A stretch of DNA of 42,603 bases from a candidate division FCPU426 bacterium (GCA_030637655.1 DAOWGI010000106.1:1-42603), one strand, 5' to 3'; positions 1 to 9,620 are shown, counted from the stretch's first letter. The notes: a model not told the origin generated them from the sequence alone. Program-made: numbers and translations.

Positions 1-186
1 CATACTGAAACTCCGACGCATACGCCGACAAGTACACCAACGCATACTGAAACTCCGACGCATACGCCGACAAGTACACCAACGCATACTGAAACTCCGA
101 CGCATACGCCGACAAGTACACCAACGCATACTGAAACTCCGACGAGTACGCCGACAAGTACACCAACGCATACTGAAACTCCGACG
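1..186 (+). repeat. Coding 42-bp tandem repeat ([14 protein letters not shown]), about 4.4 copies visible, continuing off the left edge
   Basis: catactgaaactccgacgcatacgccgacaagtacaccaacg is exact at 1-42, 43-84 and 85-126, a variant at 127-168, and partial from 169. Confidence 0.95.
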
Positions 187-1551
187 AGTACACCGACGAA
201 TACACATACGCCGACGAGCACGCCGACGCATACTGAAACCCCGACGAGCACACCGACGAATACCGCAACCCCGACGAATACTCCGACGCATACTGCTACA
301 CCAACCAGTACACCTACGCATACCCCGACGTATACAGATACTCCGACCAGCACTACTACGTTTACACCGACCTCGACCATGACTGCTACTGCGACCCCGA
401 CCAGTACACCGACGTTTACTGCTACACCTACAGCTACCTTGACCTTGAGTGCAACACCAACTACAACACCGACCTATACCGCAACTTCTACCTATACTTT
501 GACCGGAACCAATACACCAACCAACACGCCGACCTATACTGCAACCCCGACTGCTACCTTAACCATAACCGACACTTTAACTGCAACCCCGACTGCTACC
601 TTAACAGCTACACAGACACTGACAGCTACACCGACCATGACTGTAACATCGACGTATACTGCGAGTGCAACCGGCACCCCGACTTTCACTGTGACACCTA
701 CCTATACGCCTACACACACGCTGACTGTGACTCCGACTCTTACTGCGACATCAACCTACACGGTGACTCCTACCAGTACTCCGACGTTTACGGTTTCACC
801 TACAGTGACCGTAACACCTACAGTGACCATGACACCCACAATTTCACCCACAGGTACGATTACACTCACCAATACTCCTAGCGGGACAGTTACGCCTACC
901 GCAACCATTACCGAGACTGCGACTCCGTCACTCACAGCTACAGCCTCGCCGACTGAGGTGACCAGTATTCAATTCACTCTAAAGATCATGGATTCAGCCG
1001 GAACTCTGGTGCGCACTTTAGAAGAAACGTACATCTTACAGCCGGTGAATGATTTCAACCTGTCCAGTGATATCTTAGAAGCAGAAGGTCGTGCTACTTT
1101 GCGGATCTGGACAGACAGGCTGTTTGATAGTGTGTGGGACGGAACTGATGAAAACGGTAAGCTGGTAGCCAGCGGTCAATATTATATTACAACCATCAGT
1201 ATTAATCGGATCAATCGTCGAACTATAGTTACTAAAGCTGTGACTGTACAACGGGCCATGATCCAAGTCATTGAAGGGCAGAGAATCTCTCCGAATCCGG
1301 CGCGTGATTTTGTCCGGATCTGGGCACGCAGCCGGATCGCAGGAGCAGAGGTTCGGGCGCAGGTGTATACTGTAGCTGGAGAATTGGTAGCCAGACTTAC
1401 GTTTGGTAATTCGGATGTCGTTACTTGGAATATGACCAATATTGCGGGTGAGCGTCTGGCGAGTGGTGTGTACCTGGTTGTGATCCTGGCCAAAGATCCG
1501 GAGACTGGACAGACCGAACGACGGATTATAAAATTGGCGGTGCTGCGATGA
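1..1551 (+). CDS. 5'-truncated secreted/surface protein: long Thr/Pro-rich repeat region, FlgD-type Ig domain and T9SS type-A-like C-terminal sorting domain
   Basis: Frame 1 is open from base 1 ([14 protein letters not shown]...) into ORF 379..1551. Contains a FlgD-Ig motif ([12 protein letters not shown]...[18 protein letters not shown]) and CTD motifs ([19 protein letters not shown], terminal KLAVLR). Confidence 0.8.
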   Translation, partial: HTETPTHTPTSTPTHTETPTHTPTSTPTHTETPTHTPTSTPTHTETPTSTPTSTPTHTETPTSTPTNTHTPTSTPTHTETPTSTPTNTATPTNTPTHTATPTSTPTHTPTYTDTPTSTTTFTPTSTMTATATPTSTPTFTATPTATLTLSATPTTTPTYTATSTYTLTGTNTPTNTPTYTATPTATLTITDTLTATPTATLTATQTLTATPTMTVTSTYTASATGTPTFTVTPTYTPTHTLTVTPTLTATSTYTVTPTSTPTFTVSPTVTVTPTVTMTPTISPTGTITLTNTPSGTVTPTATITETATPSLTATASPTEVTSIQFTLKIMDSAGTLVRTLEETYILQPVNDFNLSSDILEAEGRATLRIWTDRLFDSVWDGTDENGKLVASGQYYITTISINRINRRTIVTKAVTVQRAMIQVIEGQRISPNPARDFVRIWARSRIAGAEVRAQVYTVAGELVARLTFGNSDVVTWNMTNIAGERLASGVYLVVILAKDPETGQTERRIIKLAVLR

Positions 1552-3851
1552 GGACAACGCGCTGGGTTTTCATTATGAGTATGCTGGTATTGCTTTCCAA
1601 CAGCTTGTCGGTATTTGCCGGGTTATATGAAAAAGGCGGAGCCAATGGTCTGGGCGCGCGTGCCATGGGTATGGCCGGCGCTTACACAGCGCTGGCCGAA
1701 GACGAGACCGCAGTTTGGTGGAATCCGGCCGCTTTGGGCGAGATTGATACCTTGCGTTTGGGCACTTCGCTGGATTCTCTATATGATGGTCAATTGCGAT
1801 CCATCAATCTTTCTGCAGCCATGCCCTTACCCCAAGGATCGGCCGCGGGTATCAATTGGACGCATAATGCCTATTTGGAATCAGCAGCTATTCAAACCGA
1901 CTCTCTGGCCATTGCCGGGAGTCTGCCTCTGAGTAGGGATAAACGGCTGCGCTTGGGAGCCGGCTTAAAAGTTCTCTTTGGCAGTATCCCAAGAGTTGAG
2001 CAGGTGTATTCCGGAGTTGGTCTGGACTTTGGTTTGCGTTACACCATTTTGGTTGCGGATGAGCAGAAATTGAACTTGGCGTTAACGATTCAGGATTTGG
2101 ATACCCGGATTGAATGGAGCAATGGTGTGTCCGAACAAGTTCCTCAGAGCATAACGCTTGGCTCTGCGTATCATTTTAATAGCTCAACAGTTGCTGTGAT
2201 GGATATGGAAATGGTTCACTCCGGCCAGGAAGAGGCCAAGCAGGTTCGTATTCTACGAATGGGTGTGGAACGTTGGTTTCGGGATATTATTGGCTTACGT
2301 GCCGGATATATATTGGATAGTGATCATGCCACTACCTTTAGTTTTGGGGCCGGGGTTAAAGTATCCGGCTGGGAAGTCCAATATGCGCTGTTGGGTGAGG
2401 TTGCGAATTTGGGACTCTCGCACCGCCTAACCTTGAGTTATGGTCTGCCCAGCTTGCCGCCGCAAGTCAAATCCATCGAGCCGGTTTCTGTGGCTACTGC
2501 TGTGCCTGTGGCACAGTTTGAATTTGAGATTATTGCTCTGCCGGAAGTATTCTCGCCCAGCGGAGAGACACTTGCGGATTCTGTGGTATTTTATATGAAT
2601 CTTATTGAGGGAGATTGGACGCAGGTGGCCTCCTGGCGTTTGCGGCTGGAAAATTCCGAGGGTGAAGTGGTACGTGAATTTGCCGGTAATCAGTATGCTG
2701 ATCAATTTGAGTGGGATGGTTTAGACCGACAAGGCGAAGTGTGTCCGGACGGGACGTACGCGGCAACCTTGGCACTAACGGCGGACAAGAATCGCAGTTT
2801 AGGACAAGCAGCGGTCTTAGTCCTGATCCGTACGGAAATGCCGGATATCGGAATCCGGGTAAGTCCAAAACATCTTTTGCTGGTAGGCAAAAGACTGCAG
2901 CGGACGATCCGTTTGCGTATGATCAATGTAGCTGATCTTACTGGTGTAACCTGGAATATCGATGTACAGGATGCCAACGGCAACACAGTGAAAACCTTTA
3001 GTGGAGAGGACACCATTCCTTCTGATTTAAGGTGGAATGGTGTGTATGATAACCAAAAATCAATACGTGCCGGTTACTATGAGGTCATTCTCACCATCAC
3101 AGATGCCGGCGGCCAATTTGAAACCGCTTCACAGATTTTTAGCGTTAGGCAGGTAGAACCCAAGATTCGTATGAGTGTGTCTCCGCGTTTGGTAAAAATA
3201 GGAGATCAGCGGAAAGGGAAAGCGGACTTTACGGTTTCGGTTCAACCCAAGGTGGGGGTGGAAAACTGGCGTTTGGAAATTCAGGATGCTCAGACCAAAG
3301 CGCAGGTCAGAACCCTTCGTGGCATTGGCGCGCCGCCCAAAACCATTGTGTGGGATGCGAAAGATAAGAAAGACAAGTATGTCAAACCGGGAACGTATTT
3401 CCATGCGACGCTGATTCTTTTCTACAGCAAAAAAAGTGAGGTGCGTGGTCCGAAGATCGCTCTGGCCACAGACATCGGTACCGAAGAGACCGGCAGATCG
3501 CTGGCTTTGCATTTGACCATGATTACCTTTGGGTCAGGAGCTTCCACCATAAAGTTGGCGGACTTCAAGCGCTTGAAACAAGCCGCCGAGACTGTGAAAA
3601 AATATGCCAAGCGGTATTGTTTGCAGATCAAGGGATACACCGACAACCGGGAAGCCAAGAAAAACGAGCTTGAACTCTCGTGGGAACGCGCGCGTAAAGT
3701 GAAGGAATATCTGGATGTTTCATGTGATATTCCGGATAATCGTATGGAAATTGTTGGCTATGGATCCCGTTTGCCGTTGGCATCGAAAACCAGCGCGGCC
3801 GGAAGGGCCAAGAACCGTCGGGTAGAAGTTGTTTTAATTATTCAAAAATAA
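1548..3851 (+). CDS. PorV/PorQ(FadL)-like outer-membrane beta-barrel fused to three FlgD-like Ig domains and a C-terminal OmpA peptidoglycan-binding domain
   Basis: Signal peptide; [28 protein letters not shown] barrel N-terminus; barrel ends at [11 protein letters not shown]. Three W-x-L-x-I...WDG/WNG/WDA Ig repeats. OmpA-C motif YTDN...[13 protein letters not shown]...GYG..LP...[13 protein letters not shown] overlap with the upstream gene. Confidence 0.8.
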   Translation: MRTTRWVFIMSMLVLLSNSLSVFAGLYEKGGANGLGARAMGMAGAYTALAEDETAVWWNPAALGEIDTLRLGTSLDSLYDGQLRSINLSAAMPLPQGSAAGINWTHNAYLESAAIQTDSLAIAGSLPLSRDKRLRLGAGLKVLFGSIPRVEQVYSGVGLDFGLRYTILVADEQKLNLALTIQDLDTRIEWSNGVSEQVPQSITLGSAYHFNSSTVAVMDMEMVHSGQEEAKQVRILRMGVERWFRDIIGLRAGYILDSDHATTFSFGAGVKVSGWEVQYALLGEVANLGLSHRLTLSYGLPSLPPQVKSIEPVSVATAVPVAQFEFEIIALPEVFSPSGETLADSVVFYMNLIEGDWTQVASWRLRLENSEGEVVREFAGNQYADQFEWDGLDRQGEVCPDGTYAATLALTADKNRSLGQAAVLVLIRTEMPDIGIRVSPKHLLLVGKRLQRTIRLRMINVADLTGVTWNIDVQDANGNTVKTFSGEDTIPSDLRWNGVYDNQKSIRAGYYEVILTITDAGGQFETASQIFSVRQVEPKIRMSVSPRLVKIGDQRKGKADFTVSVQPKVGVENWRLEIQDAQTKAQVRTLRGIGAPPKTIVWDAKDKKDKYVKPGTYFHATLILFYSKKSEVRGPKIALATDIGTEETGRSLALHLTMITFGSGASTIKLADFKRLKQAAETVKKYAKRYCLQIKGYTDNREAKKNELELSWERARKVKEYLDVSCDIPDNRMEIVGYGSRLPLASKTSAAGRAKNRRVEVVLIIQK

Positions 3852-3870
3852 TCCGGGGATAGTTTTGGTC

Positions 3871-3898
3871 GTAGGGGCGTAATGCCTTACGCCCTTAC
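3871..3898. repeat. GTAG-type REP-like palindrome
   Basis: gtag-gggcgtaa-tgcc-ttacgccc-ttac. Confidence 0.75.
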
Positions 3899-3910
3899 GT
3901 GCCCCTGCGC

Positions 3911-3939
3911 TTGACATTATAGGAATACCTTTGTATTAT
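3911..3939 (+). promoter_or_regulatory. sigma70-type promoter for the sugar ABC operon
   Basis: TTGACA-N17-TATTAT. Confidence 0.7.
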
Positions 3940-3951
3940 CTATTAATAATT

Positions 3952-3979
3952 GTAGAGACGTAAAATTTTACGTCTCTAC
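3952..3979. repeat. GTAG-type REP-like perfect 28-bp palindrome
   Basis: gtagagacgtaaaa|ttttacgtctctac. Confidence 0.85.
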
Positions 3980-3997
3980 TGTTAAAACGATATCGTA

Positions 3998-5365
3998 GTG
4001 GGGAACGCCATGTTACGTAGATTTTTCGGTTATGTCTTTGCGATATTCCTGATCTTATTTATGATCGCGGTTTGGTTTCAGAATTATTATTTTGTCAATG
4101 AGATCCTCCAAGAGGGTATGGTGATTGAGGTCTGGAACAAACCGCCCTCGCGTCAGGTCAAAGAAGCCAAGCTGTGGAAAGAAGCCGCGCTTCGATTTGA
4201 ACAGGAAAATCCTGAGATAAAAATCAATGGCATTCAGCGGGAATATTCACCGCAAGAGTTTGTCACAGCCATGGCCGGTGGCAAGGGTCCGGATGTGATG
4301 CATGTATGGATCGGGACGCTGGCTGTGCTGGCACGCCAGGGCTTTATTGTTCCTATGGATGAATATATAGAAAATTGGGATCAGAAAGAATACATTCCTT
4401 CCATTGTCTGGGAACCAACCAAGATTGAGGGTAAAGTCTATGGTGTTCCACGCGATACTTATTTTACCGTGCTTTTTTATCGGAAGGATTTATTTATAGA
4501 AGCAGGGTTGGATCCTGAACAACCTCCCCGTTCCTGGGACGAACTGGTTGAGTATGCCAAAGCATTAACAAAACCGGAAAAAGGTCAATACGGTTTTGGC
4601 TTGCCGGCCACCACCTGGAATTTCATGGATTTTGTCTGGCAAAATGGCGGGGAATTGATTCAGCTGAATTCCCAGGGTTTCAAAGAAGCGTCTCTCGCTT
4701 CACCTCAAGTGATTGAGGCGCTTGAATTTTGGCGGGATCTGAAAGAGAAACACAAAGTATTGCCGCCCAATGCTCTGCCCACACATGAAAATATTTCTCA
4801 GATGTTTGCCCTGGGGAAGGTGGCCATGATGATGGGAGTAGCCAATCAATTGCCAACCTTGATTAACAAATATGGTTTGGATTTTAAAACCACCTGGATT
4901 GCCCCTTTGCCCGCCGGACCTAACGGGTTGCGCGCCTCGCACGCGGGTGGAGAAGTGTTCATTATTAATTCTTCCATTCCCAAAGACCGTCAAGAGGCTG
5001 CCTGGAAATATATTGAATTTGAATTATCCCCGGCCAACCAGCTCTGGAAATGGGTGCGTATGAATGAGTTGAAGATGACGATTTTTCCAGGAGCATTTTC
5101 AGCATCCACCAATCTTTTAAATATGGCTAAATTCGCTATGGTGAAAGAAGAGCTGGAATTTGTCCGCAATGAACCGCATTTTGAAGAGTGGCTGTTAATG
5201 AAAGATGCCATGGACAAAGATTTGTTGCAAGCTGTTTTCGCGGACACCTCGATTGATCTGAACAGCTATGTTAAGATTTTTAATTTAAAAATTAACAAAC
5301 GCTTTTTCCCTTTTGAGAAGCAGCTGCAGCAAAGGAAAACGAAAAAGCAAGCAAGCAAGCATTAA
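3998..5365 (+). CDS. Carbohydrate ABC transporter substrate-binding protein (family 1)
   Basis: Motifs FEQENPEIKI, AGGKGPDV, GKVYGVP, LFYRKDLF..AGLDP..PP.SWDEL, F..GKVAMM. N-terminal TM anchor with no obvious lipobox. Alternative start ATG 4010. Confidence 0.9.
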   Translation: MGNAMLRRFFGYVFAIFLILFMIAVWFQNYYFVNEILQEGMVIEVWNKPPSRQVKEAKLWKEAALRFEQENPEIKINGIQREYSPQEFVTAMAGGKGPDVMHVWIGTLAVLARQGFIVPMDEYIENWDQKEYIPSIVWEPTKIEGKVYGVPRDTYFTVLFYRKDLFIEAGLDPEQPPRSWDELVEYAKALTKPEKGQYGFGLPATTWNFMDFVWQNGGELIQLNSQGFKEASLASPQVIEALEFWRDLKEKHKVLPPNALPTHENISQMFALGKVAMMMGVANQLPTLINKYGLDFKTTWIAPLPAGPNGLRASHAGGEVFIINSSIPKDRQEAAWKYIEFELSPANQLWKWVRMNELKMTIFPGAFSASTNLLNMAKFAMVKEELEFVRNEPHFEEWLLMKDAMDKDLLQAVFADTSIDLNSYVKIFNLKINKRFFPFEKQLQQRKTKKQASKH

Positions 5366-5386
5366 TTGATTCAGTATACCAAAGGA

Positions 5387-5489
5387 ATCCCCGGACTTTA
5401 GTCCAAGGTTACCGCATTCCCTCTCCCTTTTAGGGAGAGGGATAAAGGGTGAGGGTTACCTGAATACTCCGCACTTCAGTGCGGGGATG
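5387..5489. repeat. Composite palindromic intergenic element
   Basis: Outer atccccg...cggggat with hairpins ggac-ttta-gtcc and ccgcac-ttca-gtgcgg. Inner hairpin ccctctccct-ttt-agggagaggg is flanked by a ggttacc direct repeat (5407-5413, 5454-5460). Confidence 0.65.
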
Positions 5490-5510
5490 ATTTATTAAGG
5501 GAGAGTAGGT

Positions 5511-7319
5511 ATGGCGCAAAAACGGCCGAAACGATTACCAACCGATTTTTTTGATCGTCTGCTTTCTAATCAGACTGATGATCAAATTAATGATCTGTTG
5601 ACATCGTTGGTAGATGAACAAATTTCGCCTACAATTAAAGCGGAAGAAGACCTGGCACCTGTTTCGGAAACTCCGGACAGCAGTGTTGTTTATCGTAGAT
5701 TTAACTATGAAAAAAAAGAAGATACAATAGTGACGCGGGACGCCGCATTGGATGAAGAACCGTTGTCAGTTGATCAAGAATCCGCTTTGGATGAAATTAT
5801 TCCGCGTACCAGTCAAATGCAAGCTACTGTCCAGGATACCGCTGGTGCGCAGGAACAAGAAATGCCTCCGTATCATGAACCTGCGCTGGAAGTCAAATTA
5901 CCAGGCGCGGACAAACTGGAAGTTCCACCAGAGCTATTGACCGATGAACCGCAAACTCCGGATGTGCCCATGCCTCCGGATGATAACTTAGGAGTCACTA
6001 TAACCAGCGCGCCGCCTCCAGGCCTGCACGGAGCGCCGGAGCAATGGGTGACGGAAACCCCTGTGGTTCCGGATATTCCGGATGCGTTGACAACAGAAAT
6101 CCCCGGTATGCCGGAGATGCCGGCTGACTCGGAAAAAATTGATGTTACCGCGGCGTTTGATATTGAGAAGCCATTTGAGACATTCACACTGGATGAGACT
6201 CCGGCCATGACTGAGGAGCCGCCGGCGATAGGGGAGCCGGAAGCGGCCTTTGCAGCCTCGGTCCCTTTGCCTGCGCACGAGGAAATGGTGCGCGCTCGGA
6301 TGAATGCCCGTTGGACACGTCGTCAGCGAAAACCGAAAAAACCCAAACTGGCCCAACCCAGCGCGCCCATTGCGGTGGCTTTGCCGCGGCCGGATACGAT
6401 TAGCAATATTTTGGGCGAGATGGATAAGGCGGAAGAAAAATACCGTTTCACCAAACTCAATAAAGCCGCTCTGATGTTTTTACTGCCGGCCTTTATCGCG
6501 TTTTCTCTTTTTTCCTGGTATCCTATGATCAAAGGGTTGATTATTTCCTTTTATGAATATCATCCCATTGGAGAAACGACCTTCATCGGTTTTCAAAATT
6601 ATGCCCGGGCTTTTCAGGATGAGATGTTTTGGGGAACTTTGCTGCATGCGGCGAGTTTCTGTATTCTGGTATTGTTGCTTGGATTCTTGCTGCCCATTAT
6701 GCTCTCAATATTTCTGAATGAGATGCGGTTTGGTAAAGGCATATTGAAATTTATTTTCTTTCTGCCTTTCCTGATGCCTACTGTGCCGGCAGCCATCCTC
6801 TGGAAATGGATTATGGATCAGGGCGTTGGTCTGCTCAATTCAGTGCTCTCGTTTTTGCCATTGGCAGATCCGCACATTGGCTGGTTAACCAGTCCGAAGC
6901 TGGCACTCCTCTCTATTGTGCTGGTGTACATCTGGAGAAATACCGGCTGGGCCATTTTGATTTATTCAGCAGCTCTGGGGAATATTGATGAGACCATATA
7001 CGAAGAAGCGGAAATTGACGGGGCGACCATATGGCAAAAAATTAAGCATGTGACCTTGCCGAGTATTCGTGTGGTCATTGGAGTTATGTTGATCATAACC
7101 ATAATCAATACCATTCAGTTGTTTACGGAAGTATATATCATGACTAACGGTGGTCCGATGAATGCCACGGAGGTCATTGCTACATATATATATAAACAGG
7201 CTTTCTTCTATATGGATCTGGGGTATGCCTCAGCGCTTTCCATGCTCATGCTGCTGATGCTTCTGATTATTACGATCTTCCGGATACGACGCCTAAATCC
7301 TGAGGGGGGGATGAGGTAA
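5511..7319 (+). CDS. Carbohydrate ABC transporter permease (MalF/UgpA-like) with an ~310-aa acidic, Pro-rich N-terminal extension
   Basis: The C-terminal ~290 aa has FIGFQNY, six TM segments, the EAA loop IYEEAEIDGA, and TNGGPMNAT. RBS agggagag precedes ATG 5511. Confidence 0.88.
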   Translation: MAQKRPKRLPTDFFDRLLSNQTDDQINDLLTSLVDEQISPTIKAEEDLAPVSETPDSSVVYRRFNYEKKEDTIVTRDAALDEEPLSVDQESALDEIIPRTSQMQATVQDTAGAQEQEMPPYHEPALEVKLPGADKLEVPPELLTDEPQTPDVPMPPDDNLGVTITSAPPPGLHGAPEQWVTETPVVPDIPDALTTEIPGMPEMPADSEKIDVTAAFDIEKPFETFTLDETPAMTEEPPAIGEPEAAFAASVPLPAHEEMVRARMNARWTRRQRKPKKPKLAQPSAPIAVALPRPDTISNILGEMDKAEEKYRFTKLNKAALMFLLPAFIAFSLFSWYPMIKGLIISFYEYHPIGETTFIGFQNYARAFQDEMFWGTLLHAASFCILVLLLGFLLPIMLSIFLNEMRFGKGILKFIFFLPFLMPTVPAAILWKWIMDQGVGLLNSVLSFLPLADPHIGWLTSPKLALLSIVLVYIWRNTGWAILIYSAALGNIDETIYEEAEIDGATIWQKIKHVTLPSIRVVIGVMLIITIINTIQLFTEVYIMTNGGPMNATEVIATYIYKQAFFYMDLGYASALSMLMLLMLLIITIFRIRRLNPEGGMR

Positions 7320-8206
7320 TGTACTACATTCGCGGATTAATTGCGTCCAGTGACCGTAAGCGCACCTCAGTTCGGCTTTTTATGTGGGGTGGTACTTTTG
7401 TAGTCACTCTGTTGGCAGCTTTGGTGCTGGTTCCGTTTTTGTGGATGGTAAGCACTTCGTTGGCACCTGCCCAAGAGATGTTCAACTGGCCGCCGCGTTG
7501 GTTTTACGGGCAATGGGATTGGTCTTCGTATCTTATTGCCTGGAAACACGTGCCTTTTGCTATGTATATATTTAATTCTTTAATTCACTGCTTTGGTGTG
7601 GTGACCGGGCAGCTCGTTCTTTCCGCTCTGGCTGCTTATGCTTTTGCAAAATTACAGCCCCCTTTTGGGAAGACCTTACTGATTCTATTTTTGGTGACCT
7701 TGATGATTCCGGCTGAGAGTTTGCTGGTGCCATTGTATTTGGTCATGAAGAGCTTTCCGGCGGAAACTACCCCCAATGTGAATCTGGTTTCCACCTTTTG
7801 GGGTTTGATTCTTCCGACCATTGTCTCTGCCTTTAATATCCTGATTATGAAGAGCTTTTTTGAGCGATTGCCAACAGATCTGATTGATGCCGGCCGTTTG
7901 GACGGTTGTTCGGAGTGGATGATTTTTAGAAAGATTGTGCTGCCATTGTCCGCGCCGATTATAGTAGTGCTTGGGATTTTTGGATTTATTACTACCTGGA
8001 ATAGTTTCTACTGGCCTTTGATTGTGCTCAACAATCCCAAAATGTACACCCTGATGGTTGGTGTACAGAAAATGGTGGAATCCGGTGAATCATGGAATAT
8101 CATTATGGCTGTGGTTACGTTGACTACTATACCGACCATTTGTCTGTATTTTGCTTTCCAGAAATACATTGTACGCGGTGTGGTATTTACCGGCTTGCAA
8201 GGATAA
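7319..8206 (+). CDS. Carbohydrate ABC transporter permease (MalG/UgpE-like)
   Basis: PFLWMVSTSL, AAYAFAKL, EAA loop LIDAGRLDGCS, WNSFYWPLI, FQKYIVRG. Confidence 0.92.
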   Translation: MYYIRGLIASSDRKRTSVRLFMWGGTFVVTLLAALVLVPFLWMVSTSLAPAQEMFNWPPRWFYGQWDWSSYLIAWKHVPFAMYIFNSLIHCFGVVTGQLVLSALAAYAFAKLQPPFGKTLLILFLVTLMIPAESLLVPLYLVMKSFPAETTPNVNLVSTFWGLILPTIVSAFNILIMKSFFERLPTDLIDAGRLDGCSEWMIFRKIVLPLSAPIIVVLGIFGFITTWNSFYWPLIVLNNPKMYTLMVGVQKMVESGESWNIIMAVVTLTTIPTICLYFAFQKYIVRGVVFTGLQG

Positions 8207-8241
8207 TTTCCGGTATTTCCTAACCCGGACAAGCCGGAGCC

Positions 8242-8327
8242 AAAAAATCTTTGACAGGATAACAGGATTGATCTGATTTTTTTATAAAATCCCGTGCATC
8301 CTGTTAATCCTGTCAAAAGATTTTTTT
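8242..8327. repeat. Long imperfect inverted repeat after the ABC operon (possible terminator; gacaggat-type palindromic repeat)
   Basis: aaaaaatctttgacaggataacaggat ... atcctgttaatcctgtcaaaagattttttt. Confidence 0.7.
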
Positions 8328-8364
8328 TGCGTCTTCTTGTGCCCGTTTTTTGGGTATGCGGTGA
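8326..8364 (-). repeat. 39-bp dispersed repeat, copy 1 (inverted relative to 21156-21194)
   Basis: Reverse complement tcaccgcatacccaaaaaacgggcacaagaagacgcaaa matches 21156-21194 at 35/39 positions. Confidence 0.8.
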
Positions 8365-8423
8365 ATAATTTTCTTGCCAAAAAAACAAGAATTTAAGTAA
8401 AATAACTAAACCCGGAGGATTGC

Positions 8424-8603
8424 ATGGCAAAGAGAGTGCGTCGACCGAAAAAACCGATTAAGCAAGATCTGGATATGGCAGAGCACGCCAATCGTTTGCG
8501 TTCATTGTCCGGCGCTCCTGGAGAAATGCTGCGCAGTGTACTCGTATGGTTGGCTGCCGGAATTATTCTCTTTGCCCTGGGATGGCTGGCACTCGGACGT
8601 TGA
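8424..8603 (+). CDS. Small (59 aa) membrane protein with basic N-terminus and C-terminal TM helix; not in the ORF track
   Basis: RBS ggagga; MAKRVRRPKKPIKQDLDMAEHANRLRSLSGAPGEMLRSVLVWLAAGIILFALGWLALGR*. The stop overlaps the TTG start of yqeK (TTGA). Confidence 0.7.
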   Translation: MAKRVRRPKKPIKQDLDMAEHANRLRSLSGAPGEMLRSVLVWLAAGIILFALGWLALGR

Positions 8604-9184
8604 ACTCCTTTTTCTACCGCATTTTTTTACATCATCAACATAAACTGAAAATCTATTTATCCCCCCGCCGCTTTCAACATGCTTTGGCGTGCGCGCAGTT
8701 GGCTGCTGAATTGGCTGAAAATTCAGGTTTTTCAACTAACCGGGCCTATGTGGCCGGTCTGTTGCATGATTGCGCGCGCGAGCTGCCGGAAAAAAAAGCC
8801 AAACGATTACTCGCTCACTATAAAGGAAAGCACTGTCCCAGTGCCACACGCGCGAATCCAAAACTGTGGCATATGCCGCTAGGTATTGTCATTGCCAAAA
8901 AAGATTTTAGTATTCAGGACAGCATGATTCTGCGTGCCATTGGCGTGCATTCGGTAGGCGCTGCCCGGATGACCATGTTGGATACAATCTTATATGTGGC
9001 GGATTATAGCGAACCGCTTCGCAAACACGCGTCTGCACCACGGATTCGTCGCTTAGCAAAAAAAAATTTGTTCGCTGCTTTGCGTCAGGTGACCGTCGAT
9101 AAGTGTGCTTACCTAAAAAAGAAAGGCCTCTCTCAACATCCCAATAGTTTAGCCTTGGCGAAAAGACTGAAAATAAAGGTCTAA
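8600..9184 (+). CDS. yqeK: HD-domain bis(5'-nucleosyl)-tetraphosphatase YqeK (Ap4A hydrolase)
   Basis: LSPRRFQHAL..A..A.ELA, AYVAGLLHDCARE, LWH..G, ILRAIGVHSVG, ILYVADYSEP.R. Likely start is TTG 8600, in frame with ORF 8546..9184. Confidence 0.85.
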   Translation: MNSFFYRIFLHHQHKLKIYLSPRRFQHALACAQLAAELAENSGFSTNRAYVAGLLHDCARELPEKKAKRLLAHYKGKHCPSATRANPKLWHMPLGIVIAKKDFSIQDSMILRAIGVHSVGAARMTMLDTILYVADYSEPLRKHASAPRIRRLAKKNLFAALRQVTVDKCAYLKKKGLSQHPNSLALAKRLKIKV

Positions 9185-9294
9185 AGTATAAAGACGATCA
9201 CAGAGTAAGTCGATTTTCAAATCTACTGTATCTATCTCCGGTTTTCCACAACAATATAATAAGTCAATGCGGTTCACGATAAAAATAATTTTTC

Positions 9295-9323
9295 TTGACA
9301 TTTAAACTGTCTCACTATAAAGT
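9295..9323 (+). promoter_or_regulatory. sigma70-type promoter for the TonB-receptor operon
   Basis: TTGACA-N17-TAAAGT. Confidence 0.6.
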
Positions 9324-9337
9324 TAGATCAGTCTAAC
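9322..9337. promoter_or_regulatory. Candidate DtxR/MntR-family metal-repressor operator 1
   Basis: GTTAGA-tcag-TCTAAC inverted repeat overlapping the -10/TSS region; TTAG-N6-CTAA core as in DtxR-family boxes. Confidence 0.6.
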
Positions 9338-9408
9338 AAATGAAGGTGCAAGGCTGACAGCGATAAATTACTTGCACATAGTGTACAACCAGGAAGGAGG
9401 TGTTTGCT

Positions 9409-9552
9409 TTGGAAATGTTGGCGGTGAGCGGCATTGTTTTGTCAGCGTCGGTTTATATCATCCGGCAATACAGTAAAGGCGCCAAGGATAAAGCAAAAGC
9501 AATTCCCGTCAGCCCCTGTGTGGGCTGCAACAAAGAATGTAATTGTAAATAG
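9409..9552 (+). CDS. Small Cys-rich membrane peptide (FeoB-associated Cys-rich protein-like), 47 aa; not in the ORF track
   Basis: Strong RBS aggaggtg; MEMLAVSGIVLSASVYIIRQYSKGAKDKAKAIPVSPCVGCNKECNCK* with an N-terminal TM segment and a CxxCxxxCxC tail. Confidence 0.75.
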   Translation: MEMLAVSGIVLSASVYIIRQYSKGAKDKAKAIPVSPCVGCNKECNCK

Positions 9553-9579
9553 AAGTATTTATATTTTTTTGAACTAGAA

Positions 9580-9595
9580 GTTAGAAGAGACTAAC
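9580..9595. promoter_or_regulatory. Candidate DtxR/MntR-family operator 2
   Basis: GTTAG-aagaga-CTAAC, same geometry as 9322-9337, just upstream of the receptor RBS. Confidence 0.55.
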
Positions 9596-9620
9596 AACAA
9601 TAAAGAGGGGGAATAAAAGA

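Noticed and set aside
1-186. 42-bp tandem repeats as a CRISPR array
   Set aside because: No unique spacers; the repeats are in-frame coding sequence.
9340-9400. Cobalamin riboswitch ahead of the TonB receptor
   Set aside because: Only a gtgcaag/cttgcac hairpin; no GGGAA...GCCACTG B12-box elements.
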